IMG/VR virus record: IMGVR_UViG_3300012990_000004
Coordinates: 1-46,981 of that record
DNA: 46,981 nucleotides
Origin: a virus
Taxonomy: Duplodnaviria; Caudoviricetes
Reading direction: 5' to 3' (one strand)
The translations under genes and the position numbers were made by a program. Position 1 is the stretch's first letter. Each line of letters starts with the position of its first letter. This document shows, piece after piece, positions 16,984 to 28,128 of this stretch. The notes beneath the pieces are model-generated. The model was not told where the DNA came from. It saw nothing but the letters and a program-made list of their open reading frames with translations, and made no database searches.

Positions 16984-18777
16984 TTATTTGGCCTTGTTGC
17001 TATTGACAAGTACTTGAGCATATCCCGAAAGAGCCGCGCCAATCGGCCTGATTTGCGTATTCACACCGCCCACAATTGCATCAATTTTCTTGCGTTCTTC
17101 CGCTGACGGCTTTCCAACTACAACGATGCCTTTTCCAAAGTCAGGAATAATGTCTGACTCCAGACTCTTCACGAAGCTGTATCTCTTGATATACTGACTG
17201 AGACCTTCATTCTCAAGCCGCTTGTGAGCAGCAATGTTTGCTTGGTCTAAGACGCCAGCAAGATATGCTATGTTTCTAGCATACGGAACTGGACTTTTCT
17301 TTGCATCAGCAGCAGTCATGTACGTCTGATTAAGTGCAGGAATCATTGTCGCTATAGAGGAGAGAACACCTTGATTCGGATTTGTGTAGTCTTCTAAGCT
17401 TCTGGCAACATACTGACCAGAAGAGTTCTTAATCGGAGAGCCCCAATCTGCTAGGATGCCAGTGAGGAGCATCGAGTTGCCAGTACGCTCCTGAGGGCCC
17501 ATCTTATCGCCTTTCGGATTTCTAGCAAGATTTCCAGCAAACAACTGCAGGGTTGCAGGGTTTGTAACCTGATAGCCAGCGTCATGGTAGCCAAGCTTAC
17601 GCGCGTTATTACCAGCCACAAAGCTAGCCCCGATGGGAGCACGGTTCTCTTCCGTGTAATCCTTCATGCCCCATGACAGATATGCCTTAGCTTGTGGGTC
17701 AATATCAATGTTCTGCAGAGTCTTTCTTGACTGCATAAGATTCGCCGCCTTCTGCGGGTCATCTGCCAAAGCCAATATGCCATTCAGATATTCAATGTCG
17801 TTATTGTTTTGGACAATCTTCTGTTTAGCCATTTCATTATTTTGTAAGCTAGACAAAGAAATATTCTCAGACTCGTAAATTGTAATCATCTGACGAGCAG
17901 TGGAAAGCTTGTCATTCCACTCAGGACTATTAGGAGTCAAGTTGATGGCAACTCCGTAGAACCCGTCAAGCTTTCTCGGGAAGTCTCGCGTTCCTTCTGT
18001 TAAGCTAAGATATTGCCCTGCGCCACTCTTGCCGTCTGCCGTCCCAAGAATGGCTTGCACCGCTGGGTCTTGCAGGGGAGCGAGAGCTTCTTGTGAAGAG
18101 CCGCCTCTGGCACGAATAGAAACAGACTGCGCAATTGCAGAGTTAATCACGTCAGCATCACCAGACTTAGGCAACACCTTAGCAACTGCCATAGCGTCAT
18201 CAGTAATACGAGACACATCGGCATCCGTCAAGCCTTTCTCTTTAGCTTCAGCCGCTTTGCCAACCCAATCCAAGTCCTCAGCAAAGTAGCGATGTTGCAA
18301 CATCTCAAGGCTCGGAGTGCCGACCGCCTTGGAATACATATCGTTAAGCTCTTTAGCCATGTCTGGTCTGCGCTTAATCGACTCTCTCAAGAGCTTCTGT
18401 GCCTCTAATTCAAATCCTCTTTGAGTGCGCCTACCCTGCTCAACGGCGGCACGCAGGTTGCCGTAGTCCTTATTGATTCTTTCAAGCTCTTTGGTATCTT
18501 CCTCAGTTATGGCTCCAGCTGCTTGCTTCTCCATTATGTTACGAGCAACAGAGATATCTTCGATTCTTTTATCTTGTCCGTGGACTATACGAAGGCTCTC
18601 TGCAGATGCTTCCTGCTCTTTAAGAAACTGAGAGGTCTTTGCAGAGCCATACGCCTGACCAACAGTTTTAATGACAGAGCCCCAATCCATACCTCTGTCG
18701 ATAGGGGCAGATACCCCGACCTCTGGCGTTTGCGGAGTGGAGTAGTTGCTCGGCTTTTGAGAAATTTTATCGACCAT
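16984..18777 (-). CDS. Internal virion (ejection) protein
   Basis: 597 aa, apparently helical, in the ejectosome position; assigned by synteny only. Confidence 0.6.
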   Translation of the reverse strand: MVDKISQKPSNYSTPQTPEVGVSAPIDRGMDWGSVIKTVGQAYGSAKTSQFLKEQEASAESLRIVHGQDKRIEDISVARNIMEKQAAGAITEEDTKELERINKDYGNLRAAVEQGRRTQRGFELEAQKLLRESIKRRPDMAKELNDMYSKAVGTPSLEMLQHRYFAEDLDWVGKAAEAKEKGLTDADVSRITDDAMAVAKVLPKSGDADVINSAIAQSVSIRARGGSSQEALAPLQDPAVQAILGTADGKSGAGQYLSLTEGTRDFPRKLDGFYGVAINLTPNSPEWNDKLSTARQMITIYESENISLSSLQNNEMAKQKIVQNNNDIEYLNGILALADDPQKAANLMQSRKTLQNIDIDPQAKAYLSWGMKDYTEENRAPIGASFVAGNNARKLGYHDAGYQVTNPATLQLFAGNLARNPKGDKMGPQERTGNSMLLTGILADWGSPIKNSSGQYVARSLEDYTNPNQGVLSSIATMIPALNQTYMTAADAKKSPVPYARNIAYLAGVLDQANIAAHKRLENEGLSQYIKRYSFVKSLESDIIPDFGKGIVVVGKPSAEERKKIDAIVGGVNTQIRPIGAALSGYAQVLVNSNKAK

Positions 18778-21700
18778 TATTGATACCTGCTGTTAGTTTG
18801 TTCATATTCGTCTCTCCACATTTGGAGCCTCTGTTGTAACACTGGCGACATCTCGGTAGCCCTCTGTCTCATAATGTACAGCACCCGACCTAAACCACCA
18901 TCATCATATGCAAGACCATCAATCTCTCCCATAAAGTCTTTTATTTGTTTTCCTTGTGGAGAGCCCTTATCAACCTCGGCATCAATCTTCTTGATGACGT
19001 ATTCCTGAATGAGTTGCGCATCGCCCTCTGGCATCATAGCGTACATATTCTTAACCTGAGCATTATGCCTATTCAGCATGGCCTCTCTAACAGAAAGCCC
19101 CTCTTCCGACTTAGGAACCTTGGTGACAAGTTCAAACACAGCATCGAAAATCTTATCGCCTTGTTCCGCGACTTCCTTCTCACGATTTCCGGGCTTAGAC
19201 TCCTTAACAAAGAACGAGTTCCAGCCAGCTTTAGTAGCTTCAATATCATCCAAGCTACGGACACCAAGCGCAGTAGTCACCCAAGAGTCCACAGTGTTCT
19301 CAAACGCAATGTTGCGAAGTCCTCTAGCCGTAATCTCCTCTTCGTATCTCTGCTGAGCCTTCAGCTTATAATACTGACTCATCACTGGTGACACCTGCTC
19401 CAAGCCTTCTTTCGTGATTGCAACGAAGGCATCGTTTCTGGCTTCTACGTCTGCGTTAAGGGTCATGCCCCACAGCTTAGAGGTTCTTTTGGAGAATTCT
19501 AAAATGTCCCTTGGCAGCGCACCACCAAGAATCTCCGCTGTATCAACAGGGCTGGGCCAGTTGCCGTTATAAACGGAGTTGACAGCACCTGCAATAGCTG
19601 CAACCTTGCCAATGGAGTCCACAGGACTTGCGCCCAGCGAGAACCTATCACCAAAGCCATACTCTTGGTAAGTGTATGTCGGGTCTTCCACAACGTCCGA
19701 ATTAACCGCAGCAATGATTGCGTGCATCAGTCTGTTCATATAAGAGCCGAGGATGCCCTGTTCGAGCAGGGGTTCCAGTTGCTTATAGTCTTCTATGAGC
19801 TTGGCATGTTCTTCCTGAGACATGTCTGCATCGTCAAGCATAAAGCTAGCCACTGCCTCCTTAAACTTGCCGACGTGCCACAGCGCATCAGCACCGAGGA
19901 GTGTGCTCTGTGAAATCATCACGCCCATCTTCTGAGCAGGAGTGAGTTGCAGAGAACCCGGAGTAAGCATCATGAACATCTTGTACGGGAACGCCAAGAA
20001 CTGAGTGGTCATCTTCCACCAGTCCTTCTGCATCCACACACGACCCTCTGGAGTCATCTCGCCCATAAGCGAGTTGGTAATACCAGCCAGCTCCTGTTGC
20101 GATGTCTGCTTCGATATATTGAAGTCCTTGCTCTTACGCAGGTTTAGATACTGAGTGAGATAGGTGATGACTGACGCTTCGTGTTCACCACCATAGATAC
20201 CAAGGGAGTCCAGCGTGCGCAGTGCCACGTTGCCTGTTCTGCCAGCAAGACCAGCAGCACGAGCACCGAGCGAGTCATCGGCAATCTCACCAACCTTCAG
20301 GGCCTTTAACTGTTCTTCGGACAGAGCACCCAAACCACGCATGTCGTTGTGAGTTACACGATGCCACGTACCACTCTCAATGTAAGCACGAGCAATCTTA
20401 CCAAACTCATCAGGCTTAACGCCAGCAAGCCTAGCCGCTGTCTTAACGTATGTCTTGTCAAGGGTCTTGTAAGCATCATCCCACGACTTACCGCCACGCA
20501 TAGCGTCCAGCGTGGAGTTCAGTACGGTCATAAATGCGTCACGCATTACAATGGCCCTGCCCATACTAATCGGAGTACCAGCGTTAGCCAGCATCTGCGA
20601 CAAGTTGAGCATACGTGCGCTTAACGGATTCATACGAATCTTGCGGAAGTAGTTAAATCGTGTAGCAAGCACCGTGATGTCTGCGGCACTATTCTGGGAT
20701 AGTTCGTATGCGGCCCTCTCAGTTGCTTGACCAAGCTTCCCACTAAAGATTCTTCCAACAAACGCACCCGTCTTACGAATCGCCCTAGCTTGTAGGGCAG
20801 ATGCGCTATCAGGAAGCAGTGAGTAGCCGTTGATGGTCTTTAGCGTAGAGATTGCATGGTCGTATGCAGCAGCCACATCACCGCCCATCGTCAACGCCTC
20901 ATCGCGCGTTATGAGCTCAGAGGGACTTCCAACCTTACGAGCCCCCGGACTGCGGAGCAAGCCATACTGCTGAGCATGCTTGCCCAGAGAGCGTTCCATG
21001 AACTGAATCATCTCGCCCTTGGTGTACACACCTGCCAGCATCATGAAGCTCTTGATGGTTGCCTCTACGGGAGCCTCGAAGTTAGCTGGCTTCTCTCTGT
21101 TTGAGAAGTCAATCGGGCCCTTGCCCTGCGGGGCATCCTTCTTGCCAAACACCCTGCCACCCCAGTTCTCATACATCTCACGAGTGTGGTTGGAAGAAGC
21201 AATGTAATCTCGGTAGCCACCAAGCGGCTCGTCCTTAATATCGTCCCCGTACTTCTTGACAATATCGGGATTATTCCTCATCTCTTCTACAGCTTTGCGA
21301 GCATCTGCAGCCGTGTTCGCTGTGCCAATCAGGTACTTTCTACCAGACTTGGTTTGGGCTCTGATGGCAATAGGGGCATTTACTGCGTTAGTGTAGTAAC
21401 CATCTACATAGTCAATCACCTTATCGCCAGAGCGAACTCGCTTACTATGACTTGGGTTTGCAGATTGCTTAATCATGGTGTAGCCAACCTCGACATCATC
21501 CACAAACTCCGCTTGACGCATCGAGTACATGACATCACCATCAGTCTTAATGGCATCGTCAATTTGTCCAGTGGACATACGGACAATCTCTTCCTTATCG
21601 CCGTCAATCACACGCACCGGCACTGAACGTAGGTTAGAGCGTTCATTAACTGTCAGGTCAACAGAGTTGCGGATAGGCCGACCGAATCCAATACGAGAGC

Positions 21701-24095
21701 CATCCACGCCAATAATGTGGAAGAAGTCTTCCTTAGCCATTGACTCAGATGCCTTCAAGTTGGCAATCTTATACATGAACTCCGTGGCATTGCGGTAGGC
21801 AAAGTAGGCCAGCTTGCCTTCGTTGGACTTCAATCCAAACTGAGCATCGAGCTCATCGTCAGACCAACGCGTAGGCTTGCCTTGTCCAGCTTCAATTGCT
21901 CTGTTAAGATTGAGGCTGTCCTTGGCATTCAAGCGAGCCAGCTCAGGCTCGAACATAGCAAGCACAAGGTCTTGAGCAACGCGCTGGTTGCCCTCGGCTT
22001 GCTTCAAAGCGCCGCCTACGTCCTGCTTCCACAGGGAGTAGATAGAGTTGACGTTACGATGTACACGCTGTAGGGCAGGAGACCTGAAGATGTTCTCCAC
22101 CTTGCGAGCAAGCTTCTCTCCGATGGTTTTCGGAGCTTCTTCAGTTTTGAATGTCTTCGTAGTAATGAAGGTGGGGTCGATGAGCTCATCCCAATTAGAC
22201 AATTCGCTAGTAGGAATCCTCTGCTCAATCTGAGCAAACCACTCGAACTCCTTGCCCAACTCAGGGGAGGCTGCTACGTCCGAGGCAATGTCGTCAAAGT
22301 CTGGGTCGCTCTTCTTAATAACAGCTCCGCTGTCCTTATGACGCAGTACAAGCTGTACGGCACCGTCTTCATCCGTGCCGAAGATACGAGAAGTGGCCTG
22401 ACGAAGTTCGTCGAGAGTCCGGTAACCTTCTTCATTTGACCTACCATACAGACCAGAGATTGTTGCACCATCTTCTGAAATATCGATACCAGCCTGAATG
22501 GTGCTCAGGTCTGGTCTATGAACCATATGATAGCGTCCCATCTTCTCAGCAATACCAGCAGCGGCTCTCGTTGGGTTGATGGTCACGACACTCGTTCCAA
22601 GAATCCTACTGAGATTACCAGCAATCTGAGACTGAGATGCCGCAATGTTCTCTTTCATCTGCTCAAGAATGTTAATCTTAGCGTTAGACGAGCCCACAAT
22701 GCTTGGGCTAGTGGGCATAGCTTGCTCCACAACCTCGTCAAATCCCTCTACACCAAGAGCCTTCCGGCCTTCCTCTCCAGAAAGAACGGCGTTAGCTACG
22801 CCCTTGGACGTAGTTTCAGGAGCAACCTTAGTCATACGGGCATATTCGCCCTGTCCAAAGATAGACCGCAAGCCACCCTTCAAAGCCATCTTAGATGTTT
22901 TGAATCCAGTGGAAACGGAAGCACCTACTACAGTGCCCTCAAGCCAGCCAATGCCAGTCTCTAAGTGGTCAAAGGCATAGCGCATGATAACGCCAGTGCG
23001 AGTTTCTTTCTCACTCGGCGGAATCAATAGATTGCCAATCAGTTTCTCAACAATGCTCTGCTCAATAAAGCCATTACCACCAGTGAGCTTCTTAAATCCA
23101 GAAGTGTCTGCATATCTACGGATAGCCTGAACAAGCTCAAGCTGTTTCTCTGGGGAGAGGTTGTTTACAGTCTCTCGCATGTCTCGATTAAACTGGCCGA
23201 TATTTGTAATTGCCTGACCAGCACGAATGCCAGCAACGCTCCACTTATCTACCATTGCCTTTAATTCAGGAATGCCTGACGAAATAGCAAGCCCTGCCAG
23301 TGCCTGTGATTCTATGTTTACGCTACCCACTACTGGAACAAACAATTGACCCACATCTTTTACTGTAGAGAAGAAAGACTTGGCCCCTTCTTCTGACTGC
23401 CCGGTTGTTCTAAACGGATTTAAAAGCCTAGATAGTTCAGACTTTTTATCAACATACTGCATTGTGGCAATACTCTCGCGGTAGACATCATCACGAGTTA
23501 CAGCCACTTTAGCTCTAGCTACAGAGACGGCTTCCTTACCGCTAGATACGCTTGCCGATGCCATTTGAATGCCACGCCCTTGGGGAGTAGCATTGAATTC
23601 TACATCCGCCATAGTGTCGTTATTGATAGTGCCCTCTCTAGCGAGCAAGCCCTCTTCTTTCAACTGGTTGATGTAGGCAGGGCCCTTGTAGACATCTTCT
23701 ACAGATTGAATTGCCCTATCCTGCAAGTCCATTGTTGCAAGCTCGTTGCCGACATAGACACGAGTGCCTACTGGAATGTCTGGGTTGGACAGCAGCCCCA
23801 TCACGGCGGCTTTACGCGCCTCGCCCTTTAGTCGGAATGCTTCATCAAGAAGTCTAAACAGGTCATTGGGATTGTTTTTGTTTATGGTTTGTGGGTCGAT
23901 GCCAGCGGCTTCGGCAGCAAGAGACACGCCCGTCTGAGCCATTGTCTCCTCTGCGGGATTAAGGGGATTTGTTGGAACTGTCTCTGTAATCTGTGGAGGA
24001 AGCGCGTCGGGCGTAATTTCTGCCCCAGACAGCTCTGTAGTATCCTCAACTGGTTCTACTGGTTGCAGTTCGTCTTCTTGCGTTTTATCTTCCAT
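18777..24095 (-). CDS. Large internal virion (ejection) protein
   Basis: 1772 aa, downstream of the tail genes; assigned by synteny. Confidence 0.65.
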   Translation of the reverse strand: MEDKTQEDELQPVEPVEDTTELSGAEITPDALPPQITETVPTNPLNPAEETMAQTGVSLAAEAAGIDPQTINKNNPNDLFRLLDEAFRLKGEARKAAVMGLLSNPDIPVGTRVYVGNELATMDLQDRAIQSVEDVYKGPAYINQLKEEGLLAREGTINNDTMADVEFNATPQGRGIQMASASVSSGKEAVSVARAKVAVTRDDVYRESIATMQYVDKKSELSRLLNPFRTTGQSEEGAKSFFSTVKDVGQLFVPVVGSVNIESQALAGLAISSGIPELKAMVDKWSVAGIRAGQAITNIGQFNRDMRETVNNLSPEKQLELVQAIRRYADTSGFKKLTGGNGFIEQSIVEKLIGNLLIPPSEKETRTGVIMRYAFDHLETGIGWLEGTVVGASVSTGFKTSKMALKGGLRSIFGQGEYARMTKVAPETTSKGVANAVLSGEEGRKALGVEGFDEVVEQAMPTSPSIVGSSNAKINILEQMKENIAASQSQIAGNLSRILGTSVVTINPTRAAAGIAEKMGRYHMVHRPDLSTIQAGIDISEDGATISGLYGRSNEEGYRTLDELRQATSRIFGTDEDGAVQLVLRHKDSGAVIKKSDPDFDDIASDVAASPELGKEFEWFAQIEQRIPTSELSNWDELIDPTFITTKTFKTEEAPKTIGEKLARKVENIFRSPALQRVHRNVNSIYSLWKQDVGGALKQAEGNQRVAQDLVLAMFEPELARLNAKDSLNLNRAIEAGQGKPTRWSDDELDAQFGLKSNEGKLAYFAYRNATEFMYKIANLKASESMAKEDFFHIIGVDGSRIGFGRPIRNSVDLTVNERSNLRSVPVRVIDGDKEEIVRMSTGQIDDAIKTDGDVMYSMRQAEFVDDVEVGYTMIKQSANPSHSKRVRSGDKVIDYVDGYYTNAVNAPIAIRAQTKSGRKYLIGTANTAADARKAVEEMRNNPDIVKKYGDDIKDEPLGGYRDYIASSNHTREMYENWGGRVFGKKDAPQGKGPIDFSNREKPANFEAPVEATIKSFMMLAGVYTKGEMIQFMERSLGKHAQQYGLLRSPGARKVGSPSELITRDEALTMGGDVAAAYDHAISTLKTINGYSLLPDSASALQARAIRKTGAFVGRIFSGKLGQATERAAYELSQNSAADITVLATRFNYFRKIRMNPLSARMLNLSQMLANAGTPISMGRAIVMRDAFMTVLNSTLDAMRGGKSWDDAYKTLDKTYVKTAARLAGVKPDEFGKIARAYIESGTWHRVTHNDMRGLGALSEEQLKALKVGEIADDSLGARAAGLAGRTGNVALRTLDSLGIYGGEHEASVITYLTQYLNLRKSKDFNISKQTSQQELAGITNSLMGEMTPEGRVWMQKDWWKMTTQFLAFPYKMFMMLTPGSLQLTPAQKMGVMISQSTLLGADALWHVGKFKEAVASFMLDDADMSQEEHAKLIEDYKQLEPLLEQGILGSYMNRLMHAIIAAVNSDVVEDPTYTYQEYGFGDRFSLGASPVDSIGKVAAIAGAVNSVYNGNWPSPVDTAEILGGALPRDILEFSKRTSKLWGMTLNADVEARNDAFVAITKEGLEQVSPVMSQYYKLKAQQRYEEEITARGLRNIAFENTVDSWVTTALGVRSLDDIEATKAGWNSFFVKESKPGNREKEVAEQGDKIFDAVFELVTKVPKSEEGLSVREAMLNRHNAQVKNMYAMMPEGDAQLIQEYVIKKIDAEVDKGSPQGKQIKDFMGEIDGLAYDDGGLGRVLYIMRQRATEMSPVLQQRLQMWRDEYEQTNSRYQ

Positions 24096-24487
24096 TAACC
24101 AACGCCCTTTTGCTGACCAAGGTACACGTCAGAGCCGGATAGAGCTTGCCCAACGCTTGCCAAAGCACCAAACCCGCTACCCATGCGATTCCAATGGCTA
24201 ATGTTATTAGCGGATGCAATTGTCTGGAGCTGCGCTCCTATCTTGCCAGAGCCCGTGCTTGCAACAGAGCCTCTAGCTTGTGCTTGTGCACTCCCGCCGC
24301 CCGTACCAGATTGCTGCCCTTGGAACTCTATATCACGCTGAGCCATGCGAATAGCTTTAAGCTGCTGCCTACGCTCTCTTGCGTTTTGAATGTTAGCAGC
24401 TTTCTGCTGCTCTTTAGAAGCTTGGTTCGCTGAGTAAGCGCTTCCGATAGCTCCAACAACTACTGCCGCTGTGATTGCCCACGCCAT
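24095..24487 (-). CDS. Small internal virion protein (gp14-like position)
   Basis: Gly/Ala-rich hydrophobic N-terminus MAWAITAAVVVGAIGSAYS followed by a Gln-rich helix. Confidence 0.65.
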   Translation of the reverse strand: MAWAITAAVVVGAIGSAYSANQASKEQQKAANIQNARERRQQLKAIRMAQRDIEFQGQQSGTGGGSAQAQARGSVASTGSGKIGAQLQTIASANNISHWNRMGSGFGALASVGQALSGSDVYLGQQKGVG

Positions 24488-24972
24488 TATAATTCCTCCA
24501 AATACCACGCATCATTGTGGTCTATAATCTTACTTTCCAATACTTCCATATCCCTTGTGTCTTCTGGATTCTCATGGATAGTTACGAAAGTACAATCCTC
24601 ATATGTATACAAAGCCCTTTGGTCGCCGGGTTTGCTAATCCAAATATGAGGAGCAACAATATCTTGCATTCCCTCATCTGTGTTTATTCTACACGCACCT
24701 TCTATAAGAATAACAAAATGCTCATGCTTATGAATTTTACCAACACACACCACATCTTCTGGAATCTCTAACTCTCTAAGATACACGTTTCCAGCAAACC
24801 AGTGGTATGGATGGAGCTTTGTTTCCTCGCCTTTACGCAATTCTTTTGCAAGGCTACGGAGTTGTTCTCTGTTTGGGAAATGGCCCAGCTCCATGATATC
24901 AGTGTTTTGCTTCGTATCTTGAGCAATCAAGGCCTCTTCATACCTCGCGGCGCATTCTCTATCTTTTAACAT
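24487..24972 (-). CDS. Cupin-fold protein in the virion operon
   Basis: YLRELEIP...GKIHKHEH...G...PG..R...TIH pattern. Confidence 0.65.
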   Translation of the reverse strand: MLKDRECAARYEEALIAQDTKQNTDIMELGHFPNREQLRSLAKELRKGEETKLHPYHWFAGNVYLRELEIPEDVVCVGKIHKHEHFVILIEGACRINTDEGMQDIVAPHIWISKPGDQRALYTYEDCTFVTIHENPEDTRDMEVLESKIIDHNDAWYLEEL

Positions 24973-24980
24973 AAGTTTCC

Positions 24981-27110
24981 TTAAATTACAGAAGTTCCTG
25001 TGAATCTCACAGCCCATCCTAAGACGTGAGCATCCTTTCCATTCTCAGACTTAAACAGCAATGACAAAGCCTTACCGCGTCCAGTCAGCCTATTCTTAGT
25101 GATGATAACCTCGTGCCCATAGTCCACGGGCTGTCCTGCTACTGGCAAAATGAATGGCCTGTTAAGTCGGTAGGCTTGTTGTTCTGGCCCCCACTTTCCG
25201 CTAGTGGCGCTGTCCGCGAAGTCCCATCTGCTCTGGGTAACTAAAGCGCTTGGGTAGTCGTATTCAACCCCACCACCAGTAACTGCAACCACTGTATTTT
25301 CTGTTCTTTTAGAGAACGTTAGAATCCAAGGAGCTTGCTTAGTGGACAACACTGTGCCAACTAACTCATGACCAGTAAGCAGGTAGCTTTCGAAGTATCT
25401 ACCAACTCCGTTGTACTCCTTCCAATCAACAAACTGACGATTCCAGTAGTGCGAGAACGATACGTTAGGAATCGAGCTTCCCACCTCGTACCAGATTGTT
25501 AAGTACTTTGTCGAGCTGCTACCAAGCGTACCAGCGTTGATGAGGTCAGGCGTTGTTAGCTGTCCTGCAAGATACGGGGAGGTTCCTGTGGTCAAGGTAG
25601 ATATGGTGTTCTTATAGAAAGCCCCTAGGCTGGCATCGAGCAGCAGCTCCGTGTCAAACCTAAACTTATAATTTACGCCATCATAGTTAAGGTCAGAGGA
25701 GTACAGCCAAGACACGCGCTTATTAATTGGGTCATAGTTTCCTACGGCATTCTTCTTGTTTGCCTTTGGAATGTCAGAGAACAGTTTGTGCACTGTCTTC
25801 TTTGAGATGTTCTCAACAGACAGGCCACCCTCTCCACCGCCAACCATGTAAATGCCAGAGTCGCTCCAGTACAGCACAGAGGTTTCTGTCTTAACAGCAG
25901 CACTTCCAGATACACAGCCAAAGTCGCTAATCTTCTGCACCTGCTGCTCAATACCACTAAAGCCAGCGTCGCCACCAGTGATAGCCCACACGCCATTCTG
26001 CGCCAATATGATTAACATATCTAGCAGTGGAATCAACTTAAAGATTTGACCGCTATCAGGAATATTAATATAGCCACCATCTACAGCAGACGGCTCGTTG
26101 TCAATCTCAGAGGTGGGGTCTGTGTCTGGGTGACACTGCCCGAAGTCTTGCGGGGTGCGTATGATGCGGCTATAAAATACAAATCCTTGCATAGAAGGCG
26201 AAGTGTCCGTCAGCGTAACTGCACTACCATTCAAACCAGCATACCAAATACGCTGCTGGAAGAACTCTACGCAGGTTGGGCGTGACGTTTCAATATCGCT
26301 AGCCAACCCGCTAACTCCAGATGCTGTGATTCTGCTTGTGCTTCTAGCAAAAGCGTCAATTATGTAGCGGCCTTTCGGAGCAGCTGACGTGCCAAAGTCT
26401 GTTTTAGTAAGCCTAGCAGGTGCGAAGTCGTCATCTGTATTCTTAGCTACATACCAAATCTCAGCATTAGATGGGTATGTGCTTCTGTTTGCATATACAG
26501 CGCTGTTCTTGGTGGCGTCCCAACCTTGATTGTACAGATTGTACTTATGGGCATCCGACAGCGTTGCTGGTTTAGTATCTACAGCCAAGCCATCGTACAC
26601 GCCGAAGAAGTCACGAATCTTCATGTTAATAGAGCGTAGGGTTACTGTAGTGCCCACATACTCAAGAACAGCGGTGTTGCCAGAGCCAGATGCAAAAAAG
26701 AAGAATCCCATGCCGGAAGCGGCTTGGATTTCCTTTGTCTCGTCAATAATTACACTTGAGGCATCAATTGTTGCTATTAGGTTGGAGCTGATTGTATCTG
26801 CGTCAGCATTGTAAACCAGCAACTTATCGCCTACTTGCACAACAGCAAATTGATTAGATACCGTGTTACCTGCGTTTTTCCACTCATGACAAGAAACACC
26901 AATAGCCGCACTCGTCATTGACGGTACGGCAGTGCTTGTATATCCATCTTCTAAATCAATTCCAAGTCTTCTTTGGCGAGAGCCGTCGAAGTTTAACACA
27001 AAATTGGCTTCATCAATTGAGGCATTCTCAGGGAAAGTGAGAGGATTTGCCTCAGTGATAATGCCTCTTATGAAGCTGTTATACTCTCTGTTTTCGCTTT
27101 GTAGTGCCAC
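24981..27110 (-). CDS. Tail tubular protein B / nozzle
   Basis: 709 aa, beta-rich; N-terminal F..GI.TEA.PL.FPENAS.DE.N...RRLG; follows tubular A. Confidence 0.78.
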   Translation of the reverse strand: MALQSENREYNSFIRGIITEANPLTFPENASIDEANFVLNFDGSRQRRLGIDLEDGYTSTAVPSMTSAAIGVSCHEWKNAGNTVSNQFAVVQVGDKLLVYNADADTISSNLIATIDASSVIIDETKEIQAASGMGFFFFASGSGNTAVLEYVGTTVTLRSINMKIRDFFGVYDGLAVDTKPATLSDAHKYNLYNQGWDATKNSAVYANRSTYPSNAEIWYVAKNTDDDFAPARLTKTDFGTSAAPKGRYIIDAFARSTSRITASGVSGLASDIETSRPTCVEFFQQRIWYAGLNGSAVTLTDTSPSMQGFVFYSRIIRTPQDFGQCHPDTDPTSEIDNEPSAVDGGYINIPDSGQIFKLIPLLDMLIILAQNGVWAITGGDAGFSGIEQQVQKISDFGCVSGSAAVKTETSVLYWSDSGIYMVGGGEGGLSVENISKKTVHKLFSDIPKANKKNAVGNYDPINKRVSWLYSSDLNYDGVNYKFRFDTELLLDASLGAFYKNTISTLTTGTSPYLAGQLTTPDLINAGTLGSSSTKYLTIWYEVGSSIPNVSFSHYWNRQFVDWKEYNGVGRYFESYLLTGHELVGTVLSTKQAPWILTFSKRTENTVVAVTGGGVEYDYPSALVTQSRWDFADSATSGKWGPEQQAYRLNRPFILPVAGQPVDYGHEVIITKNRLTGRGKALSLLFKSENGKDAHVLGWAVRFTGTSVI

Positions 27111-27324
27111 TTTGTTCTCCAGTAGGCTCTTCTACTTTAATCTCTTGTTTAGACTCAGGCTTCACTTCAAGCAGGTATTTCTCAATTGCTCTTTTAGCAA
27201 TGCTCTCATTTGTAAACTCGCCTTGTAGCTGCCAAGGCACATCCCCAGAAGTTCCTTCATAAGCAATAACTTTATTTGAAGAGGTAGTTGACATTTTAAT
27301 AACAAAGTTTCTATTAGAAGACAT
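27079..27324 (-). CDS. Small hypothetical protein
   Basis: Coupled ORF between the tail genes. Confidence 0.6.
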   Translation of the reverse strand: MSSNRNFVIKMSTTSSNKVIAYEGTSGDVPWQLQGEFTNESIAKRAIEKYLLEVKPESKQEIKVEEPTGEQSGTTKRKQRV

Positions 27325-28070
27325 TATTTTCTGCCATAGTTGGGGTAGTTAATTCTCTTTCCACCAGCTCTAAACTTCTCACCAGAAAGCCACATACGCT
27401 GCCTGTTTGCATGTTGCTCAACCTTCTGATGAGGGGCTTCCTTGATTGTATAAAAACACATGCTCTTCGTCTCATTAACAAAGTATGGGAACATCTTTGC
27501 AGGGATGTCGGGCACAAATGTGTCGGTAGATGTCCACGACGGCTCACGCTCGCCATAGGCATAGCACTTAGAGCTTTGAATTGTGGAGTCCACGTTAGTG
27601 TCAAAACTGTCAAACACTAAATGCTTGTCGTCAAAGGATGTCCAATATATAGGTGGCGCATTGTTAATTATAAACAACGGCATGCTGTCCAACACTGTAG
27701 TCACAGAGGGATTGCTTGGATTGCGACTCATAGACAAATCTACAAACTCCTTTGGAGTCAGGTAGGTGATTTCTCTGGGGTCTACTGGGTCTGCTACGTC
27801 CCGTCTGCAATCGTATTTAAGACTTTCTACCCGAATGACATCATCCTCAATGCGGACGTGTGTGGGCTTAGCTGGATTTACTACAGCAGTGAGATTAAAG
27901 AACGAGGCCGTATGCGGCAGAATGCGCTCATTAATCATGTTAAAATAGGTGCGCTTTGCAATCTGTACCACTTGCTGCGCTTCGACAGTATCATTAATAC
28001 TGTTAACGTTGTCCGAGTTCATGTCGGACAGAATTTCTTGTACAACGTCTAGCAAGGTCATTTTAGCCAT
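27324..28070 (-). CDS. Tail tubular protein A / head-tail adaptor
   Basis: MTLLDVVQEILSDMNSD.VNSI.DT.EA.QV N-terminus and NYGRK end; synteny. Confidence 0.78.
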   Translation of the reverse strand: MAKMTLLDVVQEILSDMNSDNVNSINDTVEAQQVVQIAKRTYFNMINERILPHTASFFNLTAVVNPAKPTHVRIEDDVIRVESLKYDCRRDVADPVDPREITYLTPKEFVDLSMSRNPSNPSVTTVLDSMPLFIINNAPPIYWTSFDDKHLVFDSFDTNVDSTIQSSKCYAYGEREPSWTSTDTFVPDIPAKMFPYFVNETKSMCFYTIKEAPHQKVEQHANRQRMWLSGEKFRAGGKRINYPNYGRK

Positions 28071-28087
28071 GTGGCATTAATTCCTGT

Positions 28088-28118
28088 AAGAGAGGGGCTA
28101 GGCCAATCCCAGCCCCTC
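28088..28118 (-). terminator. Hairpin/weak terminator after the capsid genes
   Basis: Minus strand GAGGGGCTGGG-ATTGG-CCTAGCCCCTC followed by TCTT. Confidence 0.6.
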
Positions 28119-28128
28119 GGTTTACTAC

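Noticed and set aside
18777-24095. Virion RNA polymerase in the 1772-aa protein
   Set aside because: No recognisable single-subunit RNAP catalytic motifs, and the promoters are host sigma70 type. An HMM search would be needed to exclude it fully.
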